64,000 nt of DNA, taken from Camelus dromedarius (lineage: Eukaryota). The notes below the pieces were generated by a model. It did not search any database. It saw nothing but the letters and a program-made list of their open reading frames with translations, and was not told where the DNA came from. Every line of letters begins with the position of its first letter. Position 1 is the first letter of the stretch. Where the stretch lies: the NCBI RefSeq assembly GCF_036321535.1, contig NC_087436.1, forward strand, positions 6,820,001-6,884,000. The letters run 5' to 3'. A program made the translations under genes and the position numbers. Shown here piece after piece: positions 24,425 to 35,923 of the stretch.

Positions 24425-25920
24425 GTCACACTGAAATGGATCACAGATCTAAATGAAAACACAAAATGGTAAAACTTTCAGAAGAAGACAAAGAGAAAAT
24501 CTAGATGACCTTGGGTTTAGTGATGAATCCTAAGATACAGCAACAAAAGCATGATCCATAAAACAAAAAAGAATTGATGAGTTGTGCTCCATTTAAATGA
24601 AAACTTCTGTTCTAGGAAAGACAATGCTAAGAAAACAAAGAGACAAGGGCAAACCAGGAGAAAATATTTGCAACACACTGATCTGATAAAGGACTTGTAT
24701 CTAAAATTTATACAGAACTGTTAAAACCCAACAACAAGAAAACAACAACCAAAAAAAAAAAAAACCCAAATAAATAAATAAAACAGGCAAACGTTATGAA
24801 CAGACATCTCATCAAAGAACATATACAGATGGCAATTAAGTATATGGTCACTGGACAGTAGGGAGTAATGCATTAAAACAATGAGATGTAACTACAGACA
24901 GTTGGGATGGCTAAAGGTCAAACCACAAACAATACCAGACACTGACAAGGATGCAGAGCAACAGGTATCCTCACTGCTGATGGGAATAAAAAATGATACA
25001 GCTGCTTTGGAAGACAATTTGGCAGTTTCTCAGAAAGCTAAACAGAGACTTACCACGTGAACCAGCAATCCCATTGCTAGCTTACCAAATTGATATGAAA
25101 TCATATCCACATAAAAGCTTTATAGAAGTTTTTTGCAGAATTGCCCAAAACTGCAAAACACCAAGATGTCAACAGGTGAGTGGATAGACAAATCGTGGCA
25201 CAACCAACCATACGATGGAAGGTTACCCAGGAATAAAAATAAATGAGCTCTCAAGCCATGAAAAGACATGGAGGAACCTTAAATGCATATTGACAAGTGA
25301 ACGCAGCCAGTCTGAAAAGGCTGCACGCTGTGTGATCCCAGCTCTCGGACATTAAGGAAAAGGCAAAACCACAGAGGGGGTGTGGCCAGGAGCCCAGGGA
25401 GAGAAGGGCGGTGGTGGGGCTGGGGGGACGTAGGTGAAGCACAGGGATGTGTAGAGGGGTGAAGCTATTCTGTGCGATACCGTAATGGTAGATATATATG
25501 CACTCACGAAGCTTTCGAAACCTACAGACTTTTTAATACAAAGAGCAACCCCTGATGTATGCAAAATTTTCAAAAATCATTTAGGAGTTTGGGGGGCTCC
25601 AGGCCAGAATTCAGAGGGTGACAAGAAAATCTAACTGTGTTACAAATGTATGAAACAGCCACACTGAAGGGGGTGGGGGACCTAAGTCACTGACCTAAGT
25701 CACTTTGGAAGCGGACAGAGCCCAAAAGCCTAAGGCCAAAGGAACGGCCAGGAAGCACTACGCTCTAGCTGGTAAGCTTTTCCCATGGAGCACCGGTGAG
25801 CAATCCTGATACTCATATGCACATGCACTGGAATTAACCCTTAAAGTAATGGGTGGCAGATAGTGGCATCTGAGCTGCTCATGATTGGGGTGGGAATTTG
25901 CAGATAAGTGACGGGCATGC
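24425..25920 (+). mobile_element. Old L1 (L1M-type) ORF2 3' part and 3'UTR
   Basis: Degenerate ORF2 motifs (gagaaaatatttgcaa..atctgataaaggactt; tttggaagacaatttggcagtttct; gaaccagcaatccca). Confidence 0.8.
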
Positions 25921-26399
25921 TTAAAAATACGCTTATGATTTTAAAATACAAAGGAAATAAGATAAATCTTGATTTATTTCTTACAGACATCATGATTAGC
26001 CATATTTTATTTAACTATTTTTTTTAATCAAAGTCTAGTTGATTTACAATGTTGTGTTAGTTTCAGATATATGGCAAAGTGATTCGGTTATCCATGCATA
26101 TAATTCCACACATACATCCCGCCCAAATCATGTAAAGCAAGTTGAAGGAACAAGACGCCAGCCAACAATTTCACTAAAGCTCATTACACACCCCGCTCAA
26201 AGTTTTATCACCAAATACATCAAGTTTATAAAGATACAATAAACTTAAATCAGTAATAATTAAAATTTGACCCAAACGATGATTTGTATTAACATCAGAG
26301 TTGCCCCCATTACACAAAACACAGCCTCTATGATATAAAAACGTTCCTGTGTGGAAGTTAGCTCAGATAGGGTGAGAACAAGGATGTCAGAGATCCTTT

Positions 26400-26740
26400 T
26401 AGGGCAGCGCGGTGTCGACACCCAGACCGCGTCGTAAGCGCAGCGGAGTCGTATAAAATAAACAGGTGTGTTATCACGCTCACGTTCCTTATCACGTGCG
26501 TCCCATACAGGTGAGGGGTGTGAAAGAAAGTTTAGATCTCCTCGTGAAAGACGCACACAAGCCCTTTACCTGTGAAAACCATCCGCTTCCCCACCGTGGC
26601 GGACGCCGGCTCTCGAGCTGATGCGCCCGGCATGGCCGAGGTCCTCACTGGGCGGCAGGACTTCCTCTCTCAGCTTCTTCAGGACGAGCCAGCGACTCTG
26701 CCGTCTCTCCCCTCCTGTCTGTGACCCGAACTAGGCGGTT
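26400..26740. promoter_or_regulatory. CpG-rich patch spanning SPMIP2 exon 1 and the start of intron 1
   Basis: Many CG dinucleotides (gcagcgcggtgtcgac, ccgcgtcgtaagcgcagcgg, ggcggacgccggc) against a CpG-depleted background. Confidence 0.6.
26570..26633 (-). CDS. SPMIP2: First coding exon of sperm microtubule inner protein 2 (C4orf45 orthologue); 21 codons + 1 nt, phase-1 intron follows
   Basis: Reverse complement reads cggccATG CCG GGC GCA TCA GCT CGA GAG CCG GCG TCC GCC ACG GTG GGG AAG CGG ATG GTT TTC ACA G|GTAAAG = MPGASAREPASATVGKRMVFT(G). This aligns with my recollection of the human C4orf45 N-terminus (MASVSYQKPTSTTVGKQMIFTG). G at Kozak -3, canonical donor, CpG-rich surroundings. Too short for the ORF track. 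Confidence 0.85.
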
Positions 26741-26749
26741 GCTAAGGAC
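26738..26749 (+). promoter_or_regulatory. RFX X-box-like motif in the putative SPMIP2 promoter
   Basis: GTTGCTAAGGAC about 105 bp upstream of the ATG: strong GTTGCT half-site plus degenerate second half, typical of cilia/flagella gene promoters. Confidence 0.55.
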
Positions 26750-27549
26750 TCTTTATGACAGGAAGGCAGGGTGTTCCTTCTAACACAGCTCAGCATTCCA
26801 TCCTCCGGGAACAGAGCCACAGAGCTGCCGCATTCCCAGGACACGCATCCAATAATAGCTTGTCCTTATCTGTCAATATCAAGTCAAGAACAGACCTGCA
26901 GAGCAGCCTTCTGTCACAGATGACCTGGGAGCCGCCAGCAACACACGCTTTCAACATTTCCCAGAGATTGTCCGGCAGAAGGGTGTGACTGCGAGAACCA
27001 ACCAAACAAAAAACACAGACCACGGTTGAAGGTATCTGAGAAACTCCAGCTAGATAAATTATATGTATATATATATATATAATAAAAATTATATTAATAA
27101 ATGAAAAAGATCATCATACATGTATTCCACCCCAGCCCCATATTTCAATACTTCCTTAGACACAATCTATGCCTCGGTCTTGTCTGCCTGTGGTTCCCAT
27201 GATGTGTGATGCTCTTTCGTTCCTCTGTGCCTTTACACATTCAATTTGCTCTTCCAGTAATGTTCCTGTGTGAACCAGCTGAGCACCATCTCTTTCCTGC
27301 CCCTTACCTTCTATCTTTCTAAACAAATTGGTGTCTTATTTTGTCTGCCTCCCTGCTAGAGTCCAACTCCTTGTTCATGTGAAAAGCATCTTTATTCATC
27401 TTTCGGTTTCCAGAGATGGCCATGCAAGAGATATTTAAGAAATGTTTGTGGGATGAATGAACGAACAGCTAATTTCAGCCTGCCCAGAAATACACTATTG
27501 ACTACCTGATAATCCATGGAATATAAATTCTAATAGTAATCTTTTAAAT

Positions 27550-27925
27550 AGACTTTATTTTTTTAGAGTAATTTCAGGTTCACAACAGAATTGAGCAGAA
27601 AATACAGAGTTCCCACATAGCCCTCCCCACCCACACATACATACACCCCTGCCCTCAGCATCCCTCATCAGGGTGGCATATTTGGTACAATCGATGAACC
27701 AACATGGGCGCATTATTATCAACCAAAGTTCATAGTTTACATTAGGGTTCACTCTTCTTGTACATTCTATGGGCTTTGACAAATGCATAATGACATGTAG
27801 CCACCACTACAGTATCACACAGAATAATTTCATTGTCCTAAAAATCCCCTGTGCTCCATCTATTCATCCCTCCCTCCCTCTCCCCAGGCCCCTGGAAACC
27901 ACGATCTTTTTATTGTTTCTGTAGT
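27550..27925 (-). mobile_element. Old L1 3'UTR fragment (L1MB/MC-like)
   Basis: ttcaggttcacaacagaattgagcagaaaatacagagttccca...catagtttacattagggttcactctt...ctatgggctttgacaaatg. Confidence 0.75.
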
Positions 27926-28034
27926 AATTTTTTAAGTCAACCTTAAATATATAGGGTCCTTTACTGAAACGTAATGCGTTTTGTTTGTTGAGAGAAATTA
28001 CAATAAAAACACCCTCTATTAACCCTGGAGAGGT

Positions 28035-28410
28035 TTGCTAGCACAGCAGCAGAGGGGTGCTCCCCCCTCAGGTCCCTCCTCAAGGAAGGGCTTGCATCCC
28101 GCTACAGGAAATACCATTAGCAGGCAGCCTCCAGCTGTCTCCTCCTTCGGTGTCTGCTTTAGCTGCAGAGAGCTGCCTGTCTGTCTGAGATCAAGCCCTT
28201 TCCAAGCAGCGCCATCAGGAGACTAAGTGAGGTGGGGGGATAAAGGCAGGACAATTTTTCACTCACTGAGCCAAGGCTTTGTTGAGCCCTCATCACAGTT
28301 CTGATTCTTTCTCCGCCCAATCCTGCATCAGCCTCTTTCTGTTCACAGGTGTAGACCCCCAAATAACCATCTTGACCCCCCAACTTCTGGAGACCATGAC
28401 CTGTGGCAAC
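28035..28410 (+). mobile_element. LTR16-like (ERVL) solo LTR
   Basis: cagcctccagctgtc..ctgctttagctgcagagagctgcc; gggggataaaggc; ctccgcccaatcctgc..cacaggtgtagaccccc, matching LTR16 as I recall it. Confidence 0.65.
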
Positions 28411-28425
28411 CAGACAGCACAGACA

Positions 28426-28880
28426 TGTAACAGAGAAGAACAAACCTGACTCCATGTTAGATCTGTTCCCATTACCTCTAACCCTGGGCTCTGTTTCCCA
28501 TGCTGAGTCATGCTGGTTCTGCACTTTTGTAAAAGAATGTTGCCTAGAGCCTGAAATGTACAGGAGAGCCCATCCTCAAGGCTCTGACCTTTAAGGGTGC
28601 AACACTTTTCCATTCACATAGAGATAAAATGTTGCAGAACAGAGGATAATATTTGTCTTGTCAGAGGTCTATAGGAACATCTTGACCTGACCCACATGGA
28701 CAGCTGCAAGAACAAAAGATTCCAGCACCAAGAAATTTGCAACCATCAACCACACCTCCTCTCCTTTTAATATAAAGGAAGCCAGAATTCTGACTCAGGG
28801 AAGACAGTTCTTTGGGACACTAGTCCTCCATCTTCTTGGCCTGCTGGCTTTTGGAATAAAGTCGCTATTCCTTGCCCCTG
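28426..28880 (+). mobile_element. ERV1-type LTR (U5 apparently truncated)
   Basis: Starts TGTAACAGA..; TATA-like aatataaagg near 28770; AATAAA at 28855-28860 followed by gtcgctattccttgccc. Confidence 0.7.
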
Positions 28881-31417
28881 CATGGCATTCTTCTTCACCT
28901 CTCTACTGTCCTCTGCAGTTTCAGAAGCTTTTCTACTCCTTCTCAGGTTACCTCATATTATTACTACAGTTGAGGGCTCTCTGATGCCAGCTGAAAGCTT
29001 CTCTCTGAAAATTCCCTATTTGTGTCTTTGGAACCACCACTTTCCAAGTCAGCCAAGTTTGAAACCTCTTAGGTGAAGACAGGAGCTTGACTGTTTGGGT
29101 TTCTCACTGTGGTTTTCGTGATGCTGAGAGAGAAAAGAAGGAGGAACCCGAGTGAAGAAAAGTAATTCTTTAGTAAAACAAGCAGAAAATAAAGGAGATC
29201 TTGGCTTTTGGCCATGGACCTCCCATTAACCCATCGTGGGAAACATAGGCTTCCGCCTTGCCTTAGAGACAGTTATAAACTTTTCACTCTGTTGTGAGTT
29301 TAGGGTCAGAGATTTTGATGGCAAAAGGCCAGAGGGAAAGGAAAATAGAGGAGAAAATCAGAGTTAGCTCTTCTCTGTGAGATTATTCCACCAACTCAAT
29401 AAGGATTTAGGTTCATTTATTTTGTTTTGTTTCTTTTTTTCCCCCCTAGGGATTTAAAAAATTATTTTCTAATTCAGTAAAATATTTACATCGTTCCAAA
29501 ATAAAATGCTTAAAATAAGGGATATTTAGAGAAGTCTAGCTTTATCTTTATCATCTCCATCTTGTAATTTCTCTATCATTATAGGAAAACTTATAAAATC
29601 TAAAAGGGAACCATATATTTATAATCATATCCTCTTTCTCAGAAAAAGGCTAGCAAATTTAATTTATGTTTATCCACCTTGCCTTTATCCAACTAGTCCT
29701 CTATTAATGTTATATGGACTGTTTCCAACTTTTTGCTCTTATAAAAAGTGCTACAAAGTATACATTTTCTCATACATTTTGCAGTACATCTTTGGGATAG
29801 ATTCCTAGAAGTGTGCTTCCCAGAGCAGAAGGTAAAAGCATGTATACATTAGCTTGATATTGCCAAATGTCCCCCCATAAGGGTTGTACCATTTTGTATT
29901 CCAACCAGCAATGTCCGAGAATGCCTGTATCTACACAATCTCACCCACAGAGTGTGTCGTCACACTTCTGGACTTCTGACAAGTAAGAAATGGTCACACA
30001 GTCATGGACATGCCTCTTCTATCAGCAAGATGGAACAGCTTTCCCTATGTTGTGTAGCTACTGGCGTGATTTTCCATGACGCTTCTGGTCACAGCTCTTG
30101 TGTATTTTACTACCAGGCATTGAGCTTTTCCCCCTTTTCCAAGAAGGAGCTGATATTCTAAAGAAGGACAACAGACACGCAGAGAATTACAGTAAAGTGC
30201 AGGAAGGGCAGTAATGGTTCCCAGAACACATTTCATACCTAGTTTGCGCTCACAGACACGGGGACAGGGAGGAGGCCACATCCGATCTGTTGTCTCCAAG
30301 AATGACGAGGATCTAGGAAGGAATGGGGGCTGCGGGGTGGGGTGGGCAGAGAGGGCATTTGGGACAAAGAGGAAGGCTTTAGTGAAAGGCTCAGAGGGGA
30401 GGAACAGCCCACAGAACCATGCACAGCAGACAGACCAGTGGGCATAGCTGGAGTGATAGCTCTTCTGATTGTTTATCGAGCAGCCTACTGGGTAGGGGCA
30501 GGGGCGGCACCTGTGATTTGGAAACTCCTCTACACCAACCCTCCAGTCATTTGTTGGATCCAGGGCACTGCGCCTGCCACCTTTATTCTTTGCTCCGCTA
30601 AAGTCTTCCTCCTGCCTGGAAAAATCCACCTGCGGAGTTTTCTCTATCCACATCCTCTCTCCAGCCAGCTCCCTTTTTTGTATCCCTTATCCAGTTCACC
30701 TGACTTGCTTTGAGCTCTTTTCCTGAGAAACTCCCAGCTCCCTTTGAAAACCCTGGAAGCAGGGAGTTACCTGGAGAGCAGCAGAGGGTGAATGTCTCCC
30801 CAGAGCACAGCCAGGAGCCAACACTCCTTACCTTTCCGAGGAAGTGTATTTTCATAATGGAATATAAATATTTACACTTATTAGGGGGAAAAGCAATTAA
30901 ATGTCATCTGGAATGATATATGTACTTCCACAGATTCTTCTAAAGTTCCTCCTGGAAACTTTAGAACCAAGGTCTGAAGCTGACTGATTTGTTTTCATCC
31001 AGCTTCCTGAAACTGGGCATAATTACAGCAGCTCTACAACCCAGGATTGGTCTCAGTGTCTGACCTTCGATGTTGAAAGACAACATATAACTTCTCAGTG
31101 TTTGCCAATCATCGGCTGTGATGTAGAATGAGCACTGAAATGTGTGGAGAGTGACCCTCAAGGAGCCACAAACCATCTAAAAATAGCTGTTACCTTTCAC
31201 TTGAAATAGATTATATGCTGGTTTAGAGTATGGGCATTTAGTCTCAAGAAAAAAAAAACTCTACTTCTTTGAAAAAATTCACTTTTTAGACCATTCAGCA
31301 AAACTTCAATGGGAAAATAACTTCCCTTCTTATATATTTTATTAAGATTTTTAAACTTAATCTTTTTATTAAACTCAAATGTAACATTTGAAAGTGTTAT
31401 TTAAAATGGCTATGAAC

Positions 31418-31490
31418 AGGGGGGTGGGTATAGCTCACTGGTAGAGCACGTGCCTACTGTGCACGGGGCCCTCGGTTAAAAAAAAAACAG
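31418..31490 (+). mobile_element. Vic-1-like SINE, 3'-truncated
   Basis: gggggtgggtatagctcactggtagagcacgtgcctac..ggccctcggtt(A)n. Confidence 0.8.
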
Positions 31491-31554
31491 TAATTCACAA
31501 ATTTCTAAAAAGAAAATGCAATAACTAGGATTAGTTTTTCTTTAATTTTTTTGA

Positions 31555-31652
31555 AGGATTAATTAGGCTTTTACTTTTTTTTTAATGGAGGCATGCTAAG
31601 CATGCTAATGCATGCTAAGCACATGCTTTACCACTGAGCTATACCCTCCCCA
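31555..31652 (-). mobile_element. Vic-1-like SINE with internal gcatgctaa triplication
   Basis: ccactgagctataccctcccc head and aatggagg 3' part; B-box region replaced by repeats. Confidence 0.8.
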
Positions 31653-31888
31653 TATTGAGTGAGAACAGTCACTAAACCTAGACCATGCTGAAGGGTAGGG
31701 CATTCCACAGGACACGACTGCCGGGGGTAGGAATCACTGGGGCCATTTAGAAGCTGTCTGTCACAGACAGTCAGGGAAAAATCCGCAGTGGTGGTGGTGG
31801 TGGGGATTTTAAGAGCAGAGATGTTCGCTATGGAACTTTCAGTTTTTTGTAGAGCTACTTCAGCTCTTAAACATCAAAACCAACTCTT

Positions 31889-32428
31889 TCTAAATGTCCA
31901 TTGACAGATGACTGGATAAAGAAGTTGTGGTCTATTTATACAATGGAATACTACCCAGCCATAAAAAAGAATAACATAATGCCATTTGCAGCAACATGGA
32001 TGGACCTGGAGATGATCACACTAAGTAAAGTTAGTCAGACAGAGAAAGATAAGTATCATATGATATCACTTATATGTGGAATCTAAAAAAAAAAAAAAAA
32101 AAAACACAGATGAACTTATTTACAAAACAGAAACAGACCTACAAACATAGAAAATAAACTTACAGTTACCAAAGGGGAAAGGGAGTGAGAAGGGATAAAT
32201 TGGGAATTTGGGATTAGCAGATACAAACTACTATATACAAAATAGATAAACAACAAGGTCCTACTGTACAGCACAAGGAACTACATTCAATATCTTGTAG
32301 TAACCTATATTGGTAAAGAATGTGAAAAGGAATATATATATATAATGTGTAACTGGACCACTATGCTATACACCAGAAACTAACACATTGTAAACCGACT
32401 TACTTCAATTAAAAAATAAATAAACAAT
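31889..32428 (+). mobile_element. 5'-truncated L1 3' end with TSD
   Basis: ORF 31901-32086 ([22 protein letters not shown]). TSD accaactctt (31879-31888 / 32429-32438). Confidence 0.92.
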
Positions 32429-33599
32429 ACCAACTCTTGTGCCATTCATCAAGGGCTGGGTGACTGATTCATCACTTAAAGAAGTGGGGTGGGTGAGGGG
32501 GTGTGGGTGGAGGGTTGGAAGTTACCCAGACTCTAATATTTGGTTGTCTCACTCTTTAATTCCTGTATTTTCTGGAGCCTTTTGGCGCATTCCTATTTCA
32601 TGACCAGGATCCTATCAGTTCTGTTAAACCACTAGTATTCTGGAACCCAGCCTTTAGAAAAGCTAAAAATATTATTCACGTTTTTCTAAAGCAAACGTCA
32701 ATTCTTCTATATTTTAAAGTTTTTGTTTAAAAAGCTATAAAAATAGGTTGTTATTGTTGACAAACTAAATAATCAACTCCTAAGTAAATTTACTCTACAA
32801 GTTACCCAATCCTAACAGGAAAGGAAACGCCCCTCCCCCAAATATATAGATACATACATACATTTATTTTTGTCTAAGAGCGTTTACTCATCTATAGAAG
32901 TAATACTTTTCTTCCTTAATTGTGTATTTTTAAAATCCCCTCTGATTTTCTCTGATTTTTGTTAAGAGCAAAATTCACACTTGACTTTAAAATTGAAAAA
33001 ACATTCTTCTCATTCCTGCTAGGTTCCAGGGCTTGATTGATTGCATTTTTATCTGCCGGTGCTTATCATCCACTCCTAGAAATCGCCGCCTGGGACAGCG
33101 CTCTGTCTTGGTCTCTTTATCTGTCATGTCTCTGAGTCAGGTTACAACAGACTCTTGGTAATCTGAAAAATACCAAGATGCTCCTTGATAACTAAAACTC
33201 CCCGTGAGCGAGAGTCCCTGCACCCACCAGACAAGCCCTGCAGTTAAAAACCAGGCTGGAGCCCCCGTGGAAGCCACAGTGTGTCTGCCCTGCTGCGGGA
33301 TGTTCCGTGATTTTTGTCCTCCGTTTCTTGAGATTCTGCACGATCTGAAATAAGTTCAAACGTACAAGAAGTGGGGGGGGGGGGGGTCACACGTGAGAAC
33401 CATGATATGGTAGCACTTAATAGACAAACGGACAAAGAAGAAAACTGACAAGGGCTCCAACTCCCAGCACGTGGGAAAGATGACGCTTACCTGCTGGCGT
33501 GCAGAGGTGCTTGCTCCTGGCAGCGATGTCTGTGGTCCGCAGAGGAACTGCTTTGCCTTCTCTGGGGCCCCTGAGCTAGCTCAGGCACCCTGGGACATC

Positions 33600-33900
33600 C
33601 TCTTACCTCCACCAGGGCGTGGTGGCGGGGAACAGACCCGCCTCTGTTTCAGACGGGCGTCGTGCTCTCCAGGTGTGCGCGCGGCCGGCTGCGGTCCGGT
33701 CTGCAAGCGTAGCGCGGTCGCCCGTCGTGTGCGGTCCCAGCGCGAGCTTCCCACGCTGCTCATCCCTGGAAAGGGTCCCAGAGGAGACCCACAGCCTTGG
33801 GCTTTGTTTTGTGGTCTCACAGAGCTCAGAGCCTGCTTCCTTCCTGCAGGCACTTCTGTTGGTGCCGAGCCACGTGCACGTGGGAATGGGAGGGGCCGCC
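33600..33900. promoter_or_regulatory. Orphan CpG-rich patch
   Basis: gtgcgcgcggccggctgcggtccgg..gcgtagcgcggtcgcccgtcgtgtgcgg..agcgcgagc; GC-box-like ggcgggg. Confidence 0.5.
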
Positions 33901-34474
33901 CCCTAAAACTCCCCCCACGTTCAACCTGCGAAAGGACCTTCACTGAAAATGCCTACGGTTTGCTTGTGAAGGTATGGTCAAAGAAGTTTGTCTGCAAAGA
34001 TAACTAATCGTTATTTTCAAAAACAGATAATTTATCAGAATTCAAGAAATCATTCAACATCAAAGTACAAAACATAAGCTTTTAGGAATTACTTAAAATG
34101 CAGATGTCAAAGATTTATCGCAAACATTCATTATACTTATAAAAAACCTATCACTGATTTTCACAGAAAGAAAATACAAGAGTCTTCTGACTATTGTAAA
34201 TTTCTTTTAAATGAGAGGGAGTTCTGAAAAAAATCACTGTCAAGAAAGAGGAACATTGATATGTCACAACTCAATGGATTTCACATCTAACATAGATTAG
34301 CTTTTTTTTTAATTTAAAAAAAACAAGAAGGCACAGATGGACCAGTTAAGCTTTTTGTTTTTATGTTCGTTCATTACACACAAAAGTCTCAGACATCTTT
34401 ACTGATTTCCTGAAAGCTCTGAAGTAAGTAGCTTTAAAAATTCTGTGGGGGGGGTATTCTTTTTTGAGATGAGT

Positions 34475-34610
34475 TTTATTTTTTATTTATTTATTTGGGG
34501 GGATAATCAGGTTTTATTTATTTAAAAAAATTTTTTAATGGAGGGACTGGGGATTGAACCCAGGACCTCGTGCATGCTAAGCACCTGCTCTACCACTGAG
34601 CTCCCCCAGC
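34475..34610 (-). mobile_element. Vic-1-like SINE
   Basis: aatggagggactggggattgaacccaggacctcgtgcatgctaagcacctgctctaccactgagct. Confidence 0.88.
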
Positions 34611-35228
34611 CCATGCAACAAAAAGCTCTGAAAATTGTTGAGAAGATGTAAGAAAGCGTGAAATGTATACATAAATATCAAGATTCACAGAGACTGTTTA
34701 AAGAATATGGGATACAGACCAAGTGATTTTAAAAAGTCACAAGTTTGATCCCAACTTAGGATGTTCAGTCAACTTTTCTTGAAGATATTTATTCTTTAGA
34801 ATGTTCTGAATTTTTATGATTCTTTGGAAATATTGGCCACCTGGTCTCAATTTTTTATATTAGGTCGGGATCTACTTAAAAATGAGTTAAAAGCCACATG
34901 AATTTTGTGTCTGCCTGGAAAATAGGGTTCGACTTCCACAGATGTCCTGTAGATCCCAAATATACACTGCGTTACTGCCCTGGTATTTTAGCTGTTACCA
35001 AAGAAACAAAAGCAAATTTAATATTGGAGAAATCTTGCTAGGAAGGGGGCATTGAGGTAAACGTTACTTTGGACTCCTAGACTTAAAGGAGCCTCCTTTA
35101 TCTACCTACTCCTCGGTAGATAAACATAGAAGGTAATTTTTTGCTAACACATCAAGTAACATGGACATTATTTTAATTGTGCCTTGCCAAAAAATTTCCC
35201 TCAGGAATGTAAATTCCTGCAGGAATTC

Positions 35229-35923
35229 GTGCAGCCACTATGGAGGACAGTATGGAGGTTCCTTAAAAAACTAAAAATAGACTTACCATATGATCCAGCA
35301 ATTCCGCTAGCACATATTTGGAGAAAACTCTAATTTGAAAACACACATGCACCCCGGTGTTCATAGCAGCACTGTTTACGATAGTCAGGACATGGAAACA
35401 ACCTAAATGTCCTGCAATAGATGACTGGATAAAGTAGCTGTGGTATATTTATACAATGGAACACTGCTCAGCCACAAAATAGAATAAAATAATGCCACTT
35501 GCAGCAGCATGGATGACCCAGAGATATTATACTAAGTGAAGTAAGTGAGACAGAGAAAGACAAATACCATCTGATGTTGCTTATATGTGGAACCTAAAAA
35601 AAAAAAAAAAATCTTATTTACAAACCCCAAATGGACTCAGACATAGAAAACAAGCTATGTTTACCAAAGGGGAAGGGGTAAGGGAGTGACAAATTAGGAG
35701 TTGAGGATTAACAGATACACATTACTGTATATAGAATAGATAAACAACAAGGACCTACTGTATAGCACAGGGAACTATATTCAATATCTTATAATAACAT
35801 ATAATGGGAAAGAATCAGAAAAAAATATATATGGATGTATATGTATAATTGAATCACTTTGCTGTACACCTGAAACTAACATTGTAAATCAATTACACGT
35901 CAATAAAAAACAAACAAACAAAA
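35229..35923 (+). mobile_element. 5'-truncated L1 3' end
   Basis: gacttaccatatgatccagcaatt..gatgactggataaag..3'UTR..caataaaaaacaaacaaacaaaa. Confidence 0.9.

Noticed and set aside
30045..30713. 202-aa minus ORF and overlapping plus ORFs
   Set aside because: No recognisable domain or splice context; consistent with chance ORFs in GC-richer or old repeat sequence.
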